Both the position numbers and the translations under genes were made by a program. From Patellaria atrata CBS 101060 (Eukaryota): 64,000 nt of DNA. How positions within the stretch are numbered: position 1 is the stretch's first letter; each line of letters opens with the position of its first letter. Positions 24,099-37,474 of the stretch are shown here, piece after piece. The DNA is taken from contig MU006095.1 in assembly GCA_010093705.1 (NCBI GenBank), positions 372,001 to 436,000 of the forward strand, written 5' to 3'. A model generated the notes under the pieces. It was given only the letters and a program-made list of their open reading frames with translations. It was not told where the DNA came from and ran no database searches.

Positions 24099-26911
24099 GA
24101 TTATGAGAGGAAGATTAGTGGAAAGGACCAGTCATGGTGGGACTGCCAGTACTAGTAGTATCAAAATGCAGTGGTCACTAATCACAAGTGCCGGAGTTAA
24201 GACGGGAATGCACAGACCACTAGAGTCCTCCCATCCATGAGGTGGACATCTACCTTACCTACTCGCTGCTTTTCTTCTAATAAGTTACAGCATCAACGGC
24301 TTGAGCAGGTTTATCCTCTTATTAACACTTAACCCTCATCATATCTTCATGGAACAATAGTCTTTCTCATCATCCACTTGACGGATTCAAGAAATTATTC
24401 TATTCCGCAGAAGCCCTACAACTGGATTCACATTTGCAAATTTTCCGACCTTCCAGAGAGATACTTTGATGTCTGAAAATCTTCTGGCTAACTGGTAAAA
24501 CGTCCTTTCCTTCACGCAACCATAGTTCCCGTTTTCGAATTGCGAATCGCTGCTTTCTCACTCACTACTATCCTTCCCCAATCCTCAGCCGTTACATTAC
24601 ACTACTAATGGCCATCACCCTCTCTCAAGAAGCACAAACTAGTTCCTATATGAACAGTCATATGACCAGCATCAAAGCTTGAAGGGCTTTGATCACCCAG
24701 GCCTGAAAAGGGCTTTGTGTAAGTTTAGAATAAATTTCAAAGTTGTGGATGGTTCCCCATAATCTTTTCTGTTTGTATACATGTATTGCATGCTCGGTCC
24801 AGGGTGACTTTCCATTTGGACATCAGATTGGCTCGGCATATGCGTTATTATGGGTGAGATGATTCAATCCCGTCAAGAAGCTCGGGAAAGTTGAAAAACA
24901 ATGCTGTAGCTCGGAGCAGGGGTCAACTGAATTCAACCTCCGGAGTAGAGTCAAAAGACCACTCTACTTTACAAGTCCTTGAAAAGAAGATACAGATTCA
25001 GTTTGAGGATTGATTTGAGGATATTCAACACACACCTAAAAGTTCACGGTGGAGACTCAGAACATGCCTACAGATGGGCAGTAGACTACATGGCCGCATT
25101 CTGGGGTTGGTAGTGTCATCAACGGCGATTTAGGTCGTGCCTCGTTGTGTTCTGCCGGTTAGACAAAGTCTGTGAAGGTGATACTTTCTGAACAGTGGTA
25201 GGAGATACATGAAGGAAAGTAAAATTGTGCAAACACGTCAAGATCCTCATGTGTTGGCTCGGGTCGGGTCGATATAGCCCTCAGAGCACCATATATTGCT
25301 CAAGCTTGCCTTCCGCTTCGTATCATTGAATTGGGCAAAGGGGCGTGTGGAGTATCATTGTTTCCGCTCATGTTTCGTCTGTGGAACGTAACGATATTAT
25401 ACATCTCATTTCAGACGCCGAATACCATTGTTGGCGCGACTATAAGATCTTTCCGTTCCACTAGGAGCTGCACTGCGATTAGACACTTGTTGCGTTTAGT
25501 GAGGTGTCCTGAATCACTCTTTCTTCGATTTTCATTTCCTGTCCCGCTCCCCACCTTTCTTTCCAACTATCCCTCCTAGGCTGTGTCTCGAACGTATTAG
25601 GACTGCTTTCTTTTTCCACCACAATGAGTAGGAAGAACAACGTTCCATGCCAAAATCAGGCGCATATGTTAGGTTGATCCCGAGGCCAAAAGTCACTCCT
25701 TAGGTCCATTGTACTTGCTTGTTCCTTCGCTAACAGCATTCGATTCGATTTCACTGATGATCTCCGGGCTAGTGAGTCCTGATAGCGCCTCATGACGACA
25801 CAACCATGTGCCATTAAAAGAGACTTCTGTGTGAAGCCTAGGAACAGCCTGACATGTATCGGTGTAGTGTGTCTAGAAGGCAAGGTGTAAACCGGTTCGA
25901 ACAATTGAATACCATACCAAATTTCTGAGACCTGGAAGCCTTAGGAAGAAAATATCAAGTGGTCTACTCTTGCACCCCGTCTTCCCTTTGTACAGTACTA
26001 CCTCTGGAGGTATGTGGTCAAGTAAACATTCCTTGTCCTGACATGGGAGAAAGAGTTCGTCTTCAGTATTAAAGCCAGCGCCACTTGAATTCTCGTAGAT
26101 ATCCCCTAAGTGATCCTTTTCCACCACGGTGACTGGCATATAACCCTCAATATTCAGTCGATCAACGTATTTCAAAAAGACCTTGAACTCCAAAAGTCGT
26201 AGGATCTTGTAGAATGGACGATTGACGTTCGTGCAGGCACAGGGAAGTACCCCGTCATTGTAAAGTCAAATAATGCTAAAAGTTAGCAAGGTTATAGACT
26301 GCAATATTCATGTTCATGCGATCTAAATTTGGACTTGAATGGAATATGACAACTGTCAGCACATAAAGCCTTAGCCGGATTTGATCTTCTGTCTAGAGGT
26401 CGGCATCAAGTTTGAAATGAGTTTGGTTTCAACCTTGGCTATTGGCTCTTGAAGACAGTGATTGGTAAATTTTGTCGAACTGTTAGGATTTTGTTCACTA
26501 ACATATGGATAGAATAATGCAGAAGTGTCATTCTATCCGTTCGACTAGCTCCGTTTGTTCGTCCCGATATTCTTGTATCGATGGGGACGGTAAGCCTCAG
26601 CACCACGGCAAGGTGGAGCTTTGCTGAGGGACAAAATTCCTCACAAAGGATATTTTGCATGCTAATCATATTGACAATCAACGATGTCTTCGTAGTATAG
26701 TATGGGGTGAATCTGCTTCGGGGCTTTAATCCGTTGCTTGACCCTCTTCATCCAGCAAGCTTCCGACGGCTACCTTGCGGTTAGGCCAAACACAAAATAC
26801 CAACGTCTTCGTCTAAAACGGTTCCATCCGTTAGTAAATGAGAGAAGCTTTCCCCGCGAAGAATAGACCAGCCGAAAGTCAATACTAGAATCGGAGTTTT
26901 ACCCCGAATTA

Positions 26912-27438
26912 TCAGGATCGCGGGAACGGTGGCGGACTACGTTCTCCTTGTAGGGCCCTTATAGCCGCTCCTCTTTCCTTCTCTTCCTCGTACGGTGAGG
27001 GCCATGACAACGCCTCACGAAGGGGTTTTCCCAGCACACTTCTTCTGGGCGGGGGAAGAGGAGGATGGGGAGGGAGCGAGAAGGGAGCTGCTGCTGCTTT
27101 GGCTTCTTCTACCACTACGGTTTTCCCTAATGCTGCTGTTGCTTCCGTTGCTGCTGCTGCTGTTCTTGCTGCTACGGCAGCATCGTGCGCCCTCTCCTTG
27201 ATACGCCGCTTCATTCTAGGTCTCTCAGCTCATATCTCATGCTGGGTAGCCTCACCCTCAACTCGTAGTTGTTTTGTTCGGATATTTTGCCCAACTGATC
27301 TTGGGTAAGGTAAGTGATTAATTTATTATCGGGACTATGTACGATGGGGTGAGAATTTTCATGTTCGCTGCTACCCCTATCGTACCTTCTCAACCTGCTT
27401 CCCTTGTCGTACCTTCTCAAGACGGAGATCACCCACAC
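26912..27438 (-). pseudogene. Possible small or decayed Ala/Pro-rich gene
   Basis: 100-codon Ala/Pro-rich ORF (27214-26912). The same frame continues upstream past a single TGA (..EATQHEI*AERPRMKRR). A 27-bp imperfect tandem duplication lies at 27367-27420. No family recognised. Confidence 0.3.
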
Positions 27439-27499
27439 ACAAACTAATCTAAGGCGGGAAATGCAGAGTGTATACTGTAGCTACTCGATAAATCTACCA

Positions 27500-27990
27500 T
27501 ATAAACAGGATGCTGAGGATTGCTTGCGTTTTATGAATACATGGACCAGTTCACTGATGAAAAAAGTGACTACCGTCCATTCCGGGTCCTTATTCCTATT
27601 GAGCTGCGTTGATACCAAGCGTGAGGTTTTACTCACCGAGCGAGAGTTTGAACAACACCAATATGCATTACGTTTTCAGTTCAGCCCAGTGTATGAGGAT
27701 AGTTCGCTATGAGAAACACCATAAATGGTTAGATCAATATTGAGTGCCATGCACTAATGTTGACTTACGGTTTTTCCATCTTACTGCGTGTACCGCGCAA
27801 CCGCCCAGCCGATCTGATTTCCCTTAACCGCGGGGCATGTATATTCCTTGAATCCATCTTCTAAGAGATACACGAGATGATCGCTTGATTGTAGTGACTG
27901 ATTCTCGTAGCGTTTGAAGTAATGTTAAATGTTTTCCAATCCACCAATTCGCTCAGTGTAACTCGTCATAGCCATGGGATGAAGGAAGGA
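27500..27990 (-). pseudogene. Decayed intron-containing gene fragment of unknown family
   Basis: Canonical intron 27768-27707 (GTAAGT..CTAAC..TAG). The upstream frame reads MAMTSYTERIGGLENI*HYFKRYENQ..GWAVARYTQ*DGKT with two in-frame TAA. Boundaries approximate. Confidence 0.35.
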
Positions 27991-29247
27991 CTACATCGTG
28001 CTTCAGCGTAAAGGTAAGATTTATATCAAGGCTTATATAGATGTGGCTAATCTTCTTATGATAATCTAGTCCTAGCATACAGATCTACCATGATTGCTGG
28101 TGAAATACTGTAGTCTCCACATAAGACTACTAGAAATAGTGTTGGATCATGATAGAATTTCTGGGACGGTAACTATGACAGTTGAAGTATTTTCTCTGTC
28201 TTAGGGTTCCGGTCTCTTCAAATGATTTCCACTTAACAGAGATTTGAAAACGTATTGCAAAAACTTGCTTGGGTCTTCAACTTCGTGAGTCAGTTGGACA
28301 AGTTTCTCTGATAATTGAGCTTCCGTCGATGATGAGCTTATGAGCGCGATTGTATGGACTGAGGCAATGAGAGTTTGCTTCAACGAGCAGGATATCGGTG
28401 CAAATTCTATTATACGAATGGTTGGAGGAGAGCCGAGTTACTGTGAAGACTGAAAGATGGAAATTTTGTGGAGCGTGCTCCACAAAATAGATGTAGAGTC
28501 TTATAGGCGCTCAACACTCTGTATTTCGTATGTCGCATTCGCCCCAGTTGACTTTAAACCGCCGGAAGTAGTAAACTTGAGAATGCATTTCTAAGAACGA
28601 TGAAATAAGACCATGAGAAGAGAATTGGAGAAGTGAATGCTGAATAGAATTTTGAATTTCTAGGGGTCTATATTATCCGACTGTACTGTTGCATGGAACA
28701 TATTGAATTGATTATGAATGCTGTTACTCCGGCCGGTGTCTTATGATACTTGAATACGACACAAACTACGCTCATTTCTGAACTAGAAGATTGTTGGATA
28801 AGCCGTAATCTGGCAAGATACTATTCAAATATAAGGAGATAGTAACAATAAAGATCTCTATTATATTCGTTATAAAAGTGTTGTGCTGCTGCATCGGGAA
28901 CTCGTCAAAATTCGAAGTGTTGAGTTCGCAGTCAGGAGGACGTGAAGGGTCTGAACTTCTACTAAGCCAGTAACTTGTACTGCGAAGCGGAGAAAAACGA
29001 AACTGAACAATGTACTATAGCACTTCATAATCCCCTAAGTAGCAAAGAGAACATAATAAAAGAAGAGAAAAATGGTGGAGACCAGGGGTAAAAGAGGGAA
29101 GGGGGCGAGGCGCTTTACCGCCTTGTCCACCCTGTGTTTCTATTGGCCTGTGGTCACTGTCGTAATGGTGAAAGATCTACTGGTTACGGACCCCCAAAAA
29201 TATCTATATTAGCGCAAGACACCTAACCGCTCTCCGACAAATCTTAA

Positions 29248-29343
29248 GGCGAGGTGGCCGAGTTGGTTATGGCGCCAGATTAAGGCTTATCTAGCAATCT
29301 TCTGGTTCAGAAATGAGCGTGGGTTCGAGTCCCACCCTCGTCA
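29248..29343 (+). tRNA. tRNA-Leu(AAG) with 14-nt intron
   Basis: Acceptor stem GGCGAGG/CCTCGTC+A; D arm GCCGAGTTGGTTATGGC; anticodon stem CCAGA/TCTGG with loop TT-AAG-G, intron 29286-29299; long variable arm TCA-GAAA-TGA; T arm GTGGG-TTCGAGT-CCCAC; T-runs downstream (Pol III terminator). Confidence 0.95.
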
Positions 29344-30766
29344 TCACTTTTTGCTTTTTTCCATTTAAATACCCTTTTTGCTGCGTTATGTCCCTCAGGA
29401 GGTGGTTTTCGTGGCCCGCAAGGCGATGCCAAGGCGCGCTAAATTATGGTATTTCCTTGCTTAGTTCTTTTTTAAGCTTATTAAGCCTCCCCCGTCCCCG
29501 GTACCGGTCGATCTTAAATCTTTAGAATCATCGTTGTCGCACCACGAGCGCATATTGGAAACTGTTTTACTGTTATTTCTTTAACATAGCTTAAGAATCA
29601 AGCTCGGGAATATGGGGTAGCCTCATGCTACCATAGAACTACTCCCGCTCACTGTTCCATTTGTATTTCTTTTCTCTTATTTCAAGTACTACAGTATCTA
29701 TCAAGTTCACTATCAAATGTGCTCACTATAGTCTTCCTCACTCCTACTTCTTAGTTTGTATGAGCCTGGTGTCTTATTGACCTACTCTGTTGGCTATTGG
29801 CTTCGCAAATGGCCATATAACCTTTATTCATACATGACCTCTATGTTCGTAGTCCCACATTTCAGCCCAACATATGAGCAGAAGCGCTTTGGAGATGAAC
29901 TATAGCCCCCCTCTCCTCAGGTGTGAAACTCCTAGTTATTCTATGCCCACTTGGGCGTTAGTTAATTGCCGCGCGACAAAAGTTATGGGATGCGCATCCC
30001 AGAGTCAAAACCTTCACTGCACAACCCTGGCGTCAGCTCCCGTCGCCGTAATAGAGGAGAGGAGATATCATCAAATTTCCAAAGTCAGAATTAGCCGTAT
30101 GCTGTCAACTAAAACAACGAATACGCATATCCCTGCGCTTCACAATTCATCGTTGGCTTCTTGTACGCTTTACCTTGAATGCACAGGAGATATTTGATTT
30201 GTAACTATGGACTTGCGGCCATTTGATCGGGAAATTAGGTTGTCTAGGACATGTCCCTTCGGCATGTACGGAGTGGGATTTAGTTGTGTGATGTTATGTG
30301 TACAGTAAGTGTACAGTGAACCCCGACCGAAGTTTGAAAAACAAAGAAGTGAGTATGATAAAGTGTGGTATGTACGAGATCCAACTGGTTGATATGTCGT
30401 TGGTGTACAGAGAGCAAGCGTACAGCAAGATCAAGCGGCACAACTCTTATCATGGGAAAAGAGACACTTGCGCTAATCAGCACAACTCTGACACAATCCA
30501 CACAAGTACTAGCTCTGAATTTTTGGAACTATAAGGTAATTCGATATTATTTCGATTCCCCCGAGAAGTACCTATATACATCAACACTTTCCTCAACCAG
30601 GACGAGATACTAAGAAACAAGACAATGAAACCCAGACCTCCACACCGAACTCCGCCCAATGCAAAATGAGACGCAAGACACCTGCAGTGCAGCGCTAAAC
30701 ACGGAATAGAAACCAAAACACAGCGACCCTCAAAGATTCTTCACCCAGAGGGAGTTGCACACCTCT

Positions 30767-31843
30767 CTAGTTGACCACGATCAAACCCGGCCCATACAGA
30801 GTCTTATCTGCGACAGCTTGCGCATTCGCCAACTCGCCCGCACCTTGCACCACCGCTGCAATAGTAAGTCCGTTCATCAAGTTCTCTTCATACGGGAACG
30901 TCGCCTTGAACTCAATGCTATCACCGACCCTGGTCGCATGTGTAATTTCTTCGACAATCGGCACGTTCTGCTGATTGATATACGCCAGCGACAGATGTCC
31001 AATATCGTTCAGCGTGGCGTCCGAGGCGATAGGGAAGCTGAACTTCAGTTCCATTGTCCTATCTTCGGCGGTGGTGAGGACGCGAAGTGGCTTGAAGGTT
31101 TTCAGCGGTATTTGGGCGACGGCGTCGCATTCGCCGACGATGAATTGCTGGATGGCGCTGAAAGCGAAATCGCGGATGCTGGTTGTGAGGAAGGGGAGCT
31201 GGGAAGGGGTTTTCTTCTGGAGGAGCCGGTACCAGCCGTCTTGTTCGCCTTCTTGACCTAGTGAAGAGGCGGTGCCGCGGGTCAAGGGTGCGTCGCCGTG
31301 CTTGGCGAATTGGAAGATGGCGTCTTGAAGCGTGCCCATGACGAGGGTGGTGAAGGTGGATGCGAAGGAGATAGCTTCTTCGAATGAGGAGACCGGTGCA
31401 TCATAGGCGCATGCTTGGATGGGAGTACCACCGAAGTTCTTGACGCCATTGCAGGCATTGAGGGCATGCAGCTGCTCCTGTGCCTTGACGTGCTCAAGGG
31501 TCTCGAGGACGAAGTCTCGGTTTGGTACGTTGTCGTATCCGGGCACATTGTTGGTGATGTTTTTGATCAGCTCGTCGAAGTAGAAGGTTTCCCAGATCTC
31601 GTTGAAGCAGACGAGTTTGAGGTTTGTGAGGCCTTCAGCGCTGACGGAGCCAGGCGGTTTGGCGTTAGAGAGGGTCCCGAGGGCTTCTCTTTGGATCTGT
31701 TTCACAGCTTCGGGGCTTGGGGTGGGAAACCCGTTATCTAGGGAAAAACGTTCTACTGAACTGCGTTGCTCGAGGGGAGCTGCTGAGACGAGCGAAGAGC
31801 TTATGAAGATGCCGGTAATGGTTGTTGATATGATGGAACGCAT
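30767..31843 (-). CDS. Secreted ferritin-like-domain protein (Rds1/late sexual development LsdA-like)
   Basis: Intronless 358 aa with signal peptide; DNGFPTPS, LKLVCFNEIWETFYF, KAQEQLHALNA, FTTLVMGTLQD, SSLGQEGEQDGWYR, PFLTTSIRDFAFS, NLMNGLTIAAV, TLYGPGLI. Confidence 0.85.
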   Translation of the reverse strand: MRSIISTTITGIFISSSLVSAAPLEQRSSVERFSLDNGFPTPSPEAVKQIQREALGTLSNAKPPGSVSAEGLTNLKLVCFNEIWETFYFDELIKNITNNVPGYDNVPNRDFVLETLEHVKAQEQLHALNACNGVKNFGGTPIQACAYDAPVSSFEEAISFASTFTTLVMGTLQDAIFQFAKHGDAPLTRGTASSLGQEGEQDGWYRLLQKKTPSQLPFLTTSIRDFAFSAIQQFIVGECDAVAQIPLKTFKPLRVLTTAEDRTMELKFSFPIASDATLNDIGHLSLAYINQQNVPIVEEITHATRVGDSIEFKATFPYEENLMNGLTIAAVVQGAGELANAQAVADKTLYGPGLIVVN

Positions 31844-32749
31844 GATGACTGGTGAAAGGTAAAATGAGAAGAGTTGAGACTAAGAGAATCACTTCTGCTT
31901 CTATACTCGAAACACTGAACGAATGTGTAAAGGAAGTAAGGTTTGAGACTGCGAGGTATATATGTGGTTGGGAGATGATATGAAATGATGGTACTGTACA
32001 GAATCCTATCTCAGCGACAACGCCGCATTATTATATATCAACAATGTCTCAATTTCCTCATGTACTATTTTCACTGCTGACTTTGTCATCATAGAGCACT
32101 AGTCCTTTTTGTTTGAAACATCAGCAATGATTGGTCGTCCTGACGAGGCGGGTGTTGAGGTTCCGGTTAAGGCTCAGCCTCGCTTCTTAAAATAAGCTTA
32201 AAAGGTAAGATACTTGCTGCTGCTGACAGAAAGCACCACTTTCATCCAACTGCGCCATCCAAATTCATTTTGAAGCCGCAGTATGTTGGTTTGGGCCACC
32301 GACTTGTGTGAGCTTGGTAAAGCTTGCGTTTATACTGTGCAATTGCATTGGTTGATCGAGCGTTGCCGAGTTGTTTCTCGTGGTTGTAGGCCAGAATCGC
32401 TGGCTGTGAGAGTCGGAAAGATGTTTCCCGTGAGGCCAGTCGTGAAACATCATGCAAAGTACGGTAAACCTTAGATGTAATGTTAATACGGTCTATTTTA
32501 GTGCTGGTGGCTACGATGTTGTGAGACAGCCATATGCTGAAGCGTATGGGAATGGGCTGTTAGAACTATACCCATAGAGAGACACGTGCGATGATATACG
32601 GTACCAAGACCTTTAGAAGAGGTACAGCAAAGCAGCCTAAGAAGCAGAGCAGATGCAAGGAGATTAATACCCTTTTCCTTGCCAAAGAGATTCAATCGCA
32701 GGACTGAATGATGGTTGTGGTGAATATAGTACGGAGGAGCATATTCTAT

Positions 32750-32843
32750 TTCTAGAACTAGAACTAGAACTACAGAGTGGGAGGTAGCAAAGCCAAGAAC
32801 CACGTTCTAGGTTCTAGAACTAGAACTACATAGGACTAGTTCT
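32750..32843. repeat. Duplicated TTCTAGAAC(TAGAAC)n hexamer array
   Basis: TTCTAGAACTAGAACTAGAACTACA at 32750-32774 and TTCTAGAACTAGAACTACA at 32812-32830, with inverted GTTCTAG/CTAGTTC units nearby. Confidence 0.8.
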
Positions 32844-33028
32844 TATTAGTCGCTGATCAAGCAGCATGGTTGTACCTGAAAGACCAAACCCAACGGAGAA
32901 TCTAATAACAAACAACAACTTTTATCGCATGCTATAATTCGAATACTGATCAATATTTTAACAACGTAGTTACGGCTACTCCTCGCTCGATATCCATGGA
33001 CGACCTGCAGTCGCCAACCCCAAGATCT

Positions 33029-35227
33029 ATGGCTGATATCAAGAACATTGGACAACGAGCGGGAGGCTACTGTGCAGTTTGCCATAACCTTAATCCCAAT
33101 TCACCAGCTACCACTTACCGCCGAGAATACAGACTTACAGGTACCACGGGCTGAAAACTATCTCATAGAAAGGTGGCCGATGTGGCGTCCTTTTCGATGC
33201 GCTCAAGAACTTTCTGCAACATGACAGGATGGAGTTCAATCTTACAATCTATCTAAAACCCCTCAGACCGCCTGTAGTAGTTGTAAATGATGCCCTGGGT
33301 GGAGTACCATGTTTCGAACTATATGTAGAGAGAGGTGTGTATATATCTATCATCTGGAGAATGAAGGTTGTCCAGTTATCTCGCTGTTCGACTTCGACAC
33401 TCTTCGATCATAGACGTACTTTACGCGTTTATATATACAATATATGGCCATATATCAATATTCCTCCAAGCATGTGGTATGGTAATGCTAAGTAGAGCTA
33501 AGAGGGAGATCGCGACAACCAAATTTTAAGCTCTCGTAGAGTCATGAAGACGCAGTTAAAGACTGATCTGTTCAAAGAGCATACCGAACATTGGGAGAAT
33601 CTCGCAACCGTGGACAAAGTCTCCCTCATCGCCGGTTCGGTAGAATGCTTCTCATTTGCGATTTCAGCGTTCCAAACCTGTTTACAGCAACACTCCGGGT
33701 GCAGAATTTCTAGTCCTAATTATTCACCGACCCGTTTGTTGTACTTTAATGCTAACAAGGAAGACCCCTTCGTCAGATTAGTGGAGCCGACCCCGGGAGC
33801 CACACATTTGTATACCGCCTTGAGTCATTGCTGGGGAGGGAGTCAAATATTGTCCACGGCACATAAAACACTTACCGAAAGCATGACTGCTATTGACTGG
33901 GAAGCGTTACCCCGAACCTTTCAAGATGGTTTTACGGTTGGTAGACAGCTCGGCATACATTACCTTTGGATTGATAGCCTCTGCATCCTATAGGATGACG
34001 AAGAGGACTGGCAAACCGAGAGCGAAAGAATATACGATGTCTATAAGTCCGCACAAATCACGATCAGTACAACATCGTCACCCGATGGTTGTACCCCATT
34101 TCTATGTCCACGACCAGATCTCAAATCCGTCCAGTTATCTTATAGGGGTCATAGTGTCCCGGTTTTCGTTTGACGTGTCACTGGTGGAAGCAACCACTGC
34201 ATTCCGGACCCTGTACGCTTAAACCGTAATTGGCGTAGTAATCCGCTATACACACGAGGTTGAGCACTACAAGAATACCAGTTATCACCGCGCGTTCTCA
34301 GCTACGAAACCGACGAGGTTAGATACACTTGTTTACGAGGTACTATCTGTGAGTACATAAAACATGTGGTTTTGAATTTGCGCTTGATCGAACTAACTGA
34401 GGAAACCTGTACTATCGAAGATGCGTTCGACATGTGGCATCCACTAATCGAGAAATACGGAAGACGAAGTTTGACCCTGAGAAAGGACACACTACCGGCA
34501 GTAAGTAGTATAGCATCTGCTGCTATTCATACCATCACAACTTTGCGGGGCTATGGAAGAATGTGTTAATACGCGATCTTCAATGGCTCATATGGCATGA
34601 CAAACCTGCGGAGATCTGGAAAACCAACATTAAGGAGTATTGCGCCCCGACCTTTTAATGGGCATCTTTAGATCACAACTATCTGTGGCCCAATTGGTAC
34701 ACAGGTGTGAGTGTGGAATCGAAGCGGGCCCATTGGTTGGAGGTTGTTGACACCACAGTTCGTCTAAAGTCCACGAATCCGTTCGGTCAGATAGAATCTT
34801 GTTCGATAACCGTTAGCGTTCCCCTCATAAAAATATCTTTGTCCTGTGGAGAGACCGACCGACCATCTTCCTATATCGTCTCGTGGGGCAAGACAATGTT
34901 GCCTACGCCAAGACCTTTCATAGATATGCAACTAGCGCCACGTCTAGTGGTCGACAGTGGAGAGTGTGTTACGACGCCATTAAGATATGCACCTGGTCAG
35001 AGTGAGAGAATCGAAAATGCGGTAGTCTGGTGTGCTGTTGTGACCACTACAGAGATAAAAGACACAGGCCATTTCGTTATTTTCTTAGGATTATCCCAAG
35101 CTACCCCTGGTTTTTACGAGAGGGTTGGGCAGTCCTTCTATTTGACGAGCATTTACTACCCGAACTGAAAATAACCGGTAAAGAAATGGCTCAAAATGTA
35201 GTATATAAGCAGATCAGAATTGTTTGA
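33029..35227 (+). pseudogene. HET-domain (heterokaryon incompatibility, TOL-like) pseudogene
   Basis: N-terminal CAVCHNL, PTRLL, YTALSHCWGG, LPRTFQDG, IHYLWIDSLCIL*DDEEDW (TAG 33991), TGA 34171, PLYTRG*ALQE (TGA 34261), frameshift near 34530 before FAGLW..LIRDLQW, APTF*WAS (TAA 34656), FYERVG. Confidence 0.9.
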
Positions 35228-37474
35228 CGGTGGAGTTGCTTCCAAACATATACCAGGCATATTTTTAGAGTCACGGAACGTTATGGTTGTGAATCAGAAC
35301 AGATTCATACCTAGGTGCGCTTTTAGACCCAAGTGATGACTGCTTCCAGTCCCGCTTCAGAAGTGTATTTGATATCAGCATTGTATAAATGTTGGATAAA
35401 TCGTCCATATCCAGACACACCATCTAGTGACAGATCATTCAATCACATCGAATAGAATACGGAATAATACATGTACACATTCTCTCACTATCTCAAGAAT
35501 CAGAATAAGTTATTGCGGATAGTTTCCTATCCTTTCTTTCATAAGCCATACAATACTTGGCCTCTTTACTTGTTTGTTGGGGTTCCCCAAGAAGCCAACA
35601 CTGCTCTCAGAGAACAATATTCTTTAGGGGTGACTTGTACGCGACGAAAATAATTGTTAAAACCCACCGCCTAATGGACTTAATGAAGTGGCGAGATGAG
35701 CCCTTAGCAAGAACTCCCCGCGTAGCACTATCTTGACAGCGCTACCATTCAAATACTGATAAGAAAGTCTTAACCGGTATCGCAATAGGAAATAGGAACA
35801 GTAAGTAATTGGACTCTTACCGTCCTTGTAGTTGTACTGCCTCGTACCTGAGTCCCTCCTCCTACTTTCGAACGATGTGTAAATCGGTGATTGTCCGAAG
35901 TAAACGGACTGGATTTGATATTCGGGTTTCGCACTAACGATGTATGAAAATTGGGTTCAGGAAAGCCTAATTCCGGATATTAAGAATACGTAGTCATGCT
36001 GGATCTATCAGGATGATGGTTAGAACTATAGAACGAATGGACATCAGGCATCCCAGGATTGGACATCATCTTCCTCATCAATGAAAAACCTATTTATGAT
36101 TTCGCCCAAACTTGTTATTGTTTTCAAAATGGTTAGAGATCATTGCACGGAAAGCCAAAACGTGAATGGAAAACTTGTTGATAGCCTGCCGCACGTTGAA
36201 AAAGAGGGTCGGAAGGAGTACAGTAATTATTTTTCCGGCAATGATCCCTTCACATTTCACCTCATCCCATCATCAATTCAAGGTACAATCGTAGCCTAAC
36301 AGGTTTTTGCATTTCATTTTCAAAATAATACAGCGTAGTCTAATGATCCTAGATCGTTAGTCTTAGATTGATTCTTAGGTTTAAGGTCTATTATCTTCTA
36401 GTTCTGAATCACCTGTCTTCATGATTTACGGCAAACAATTCTCTTTCCCTAGGTTGTACGCTTCCTGGTACATTCGTTTCCTCAGTGAGAGTTGAACGAA
36501 GAGCTATAACTCTTTGGGCTGTTTTATATGAATCAATGTCCATTCCGTACTCTAATAGTCAGGATATTTTGCTGCTTCCTGGGGAACGCTGTCATAAAAG
36601 TTATCAGGTTCTGGTACGTACAAAGCTTGGAAATTCAACATTGGAGCAAGATTAAGACCTGTACAGCAGCCGTACTGTATACACGAATAAGTCCGTGTTT
36701 GTGAAGGGCTTGAGAAAGTAGAAGGTTTGTGCAAATGAAATGCAACATAGCTTACCATATTTTCATGCACCCCGTTTTATTACACATCACCTGTACCTAC
36801 CATGTACTGAAGTTATGATCAGTACCTACCACATTTCAGAGGTCTTCTCTAGTTTTTCGCTCCTGAATGCGCTTTTCACGTTCACTGTATTCCTCATATT
36901 CACTATCTCGTGACTTGTCACGGAATGCACCGTCTACTGTACGTTCACTCTCAAATCGATTTCCGACATGACTGCACAGTAAGGTCAGTAATGCATGGTT
37001 GAACCTGAAATATCTCCATGGCTCAACCGTACAAACGAGCAGCGGTAACAATTCACGTGTACCAGCTCGCCCCATTTGGTTCAGCTGACGTAGAAGCCGA
37101 TCAATTCCACCCGTGAGAAGGGAGGACATAGATATCCCGTTCACTCCAGCTTTCACATTCACTTTAAGTATCTGCATTCACTTATTCTCAGGTTGATCAC
37201 GACATTGCCGACCGGTTCAAGATGTTCCGCGTACCTTCGCCCGTCCTGTAACTTCCTAGCTCGGCCGGAACAATATTGCGGTCACGTCAATATTGATTTC
37301 TTAGCTAAAGGTCCCCACGATATCCGTTTGTTGATCTCGCTTATGTTGATGCGCAAATCCTCACTTATCTACTCAACCTCTTGAAGTCAACTTAACATTA
37401 TTCACCTTATTATATCGTCGCGTCTTGTTCTCGTAAATCTCTCCAAGCGTATTTCTTCAAAGTCTACCGCCACA

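Noticed and set aside
27367..27420. Direct repeat TCGTACCTTCTCAA (two copies, 27-nt period) as a target-site duplication or array
   Set aside because: Only two adjacent copies with nothing inserted between them; a simple tandem duplication.
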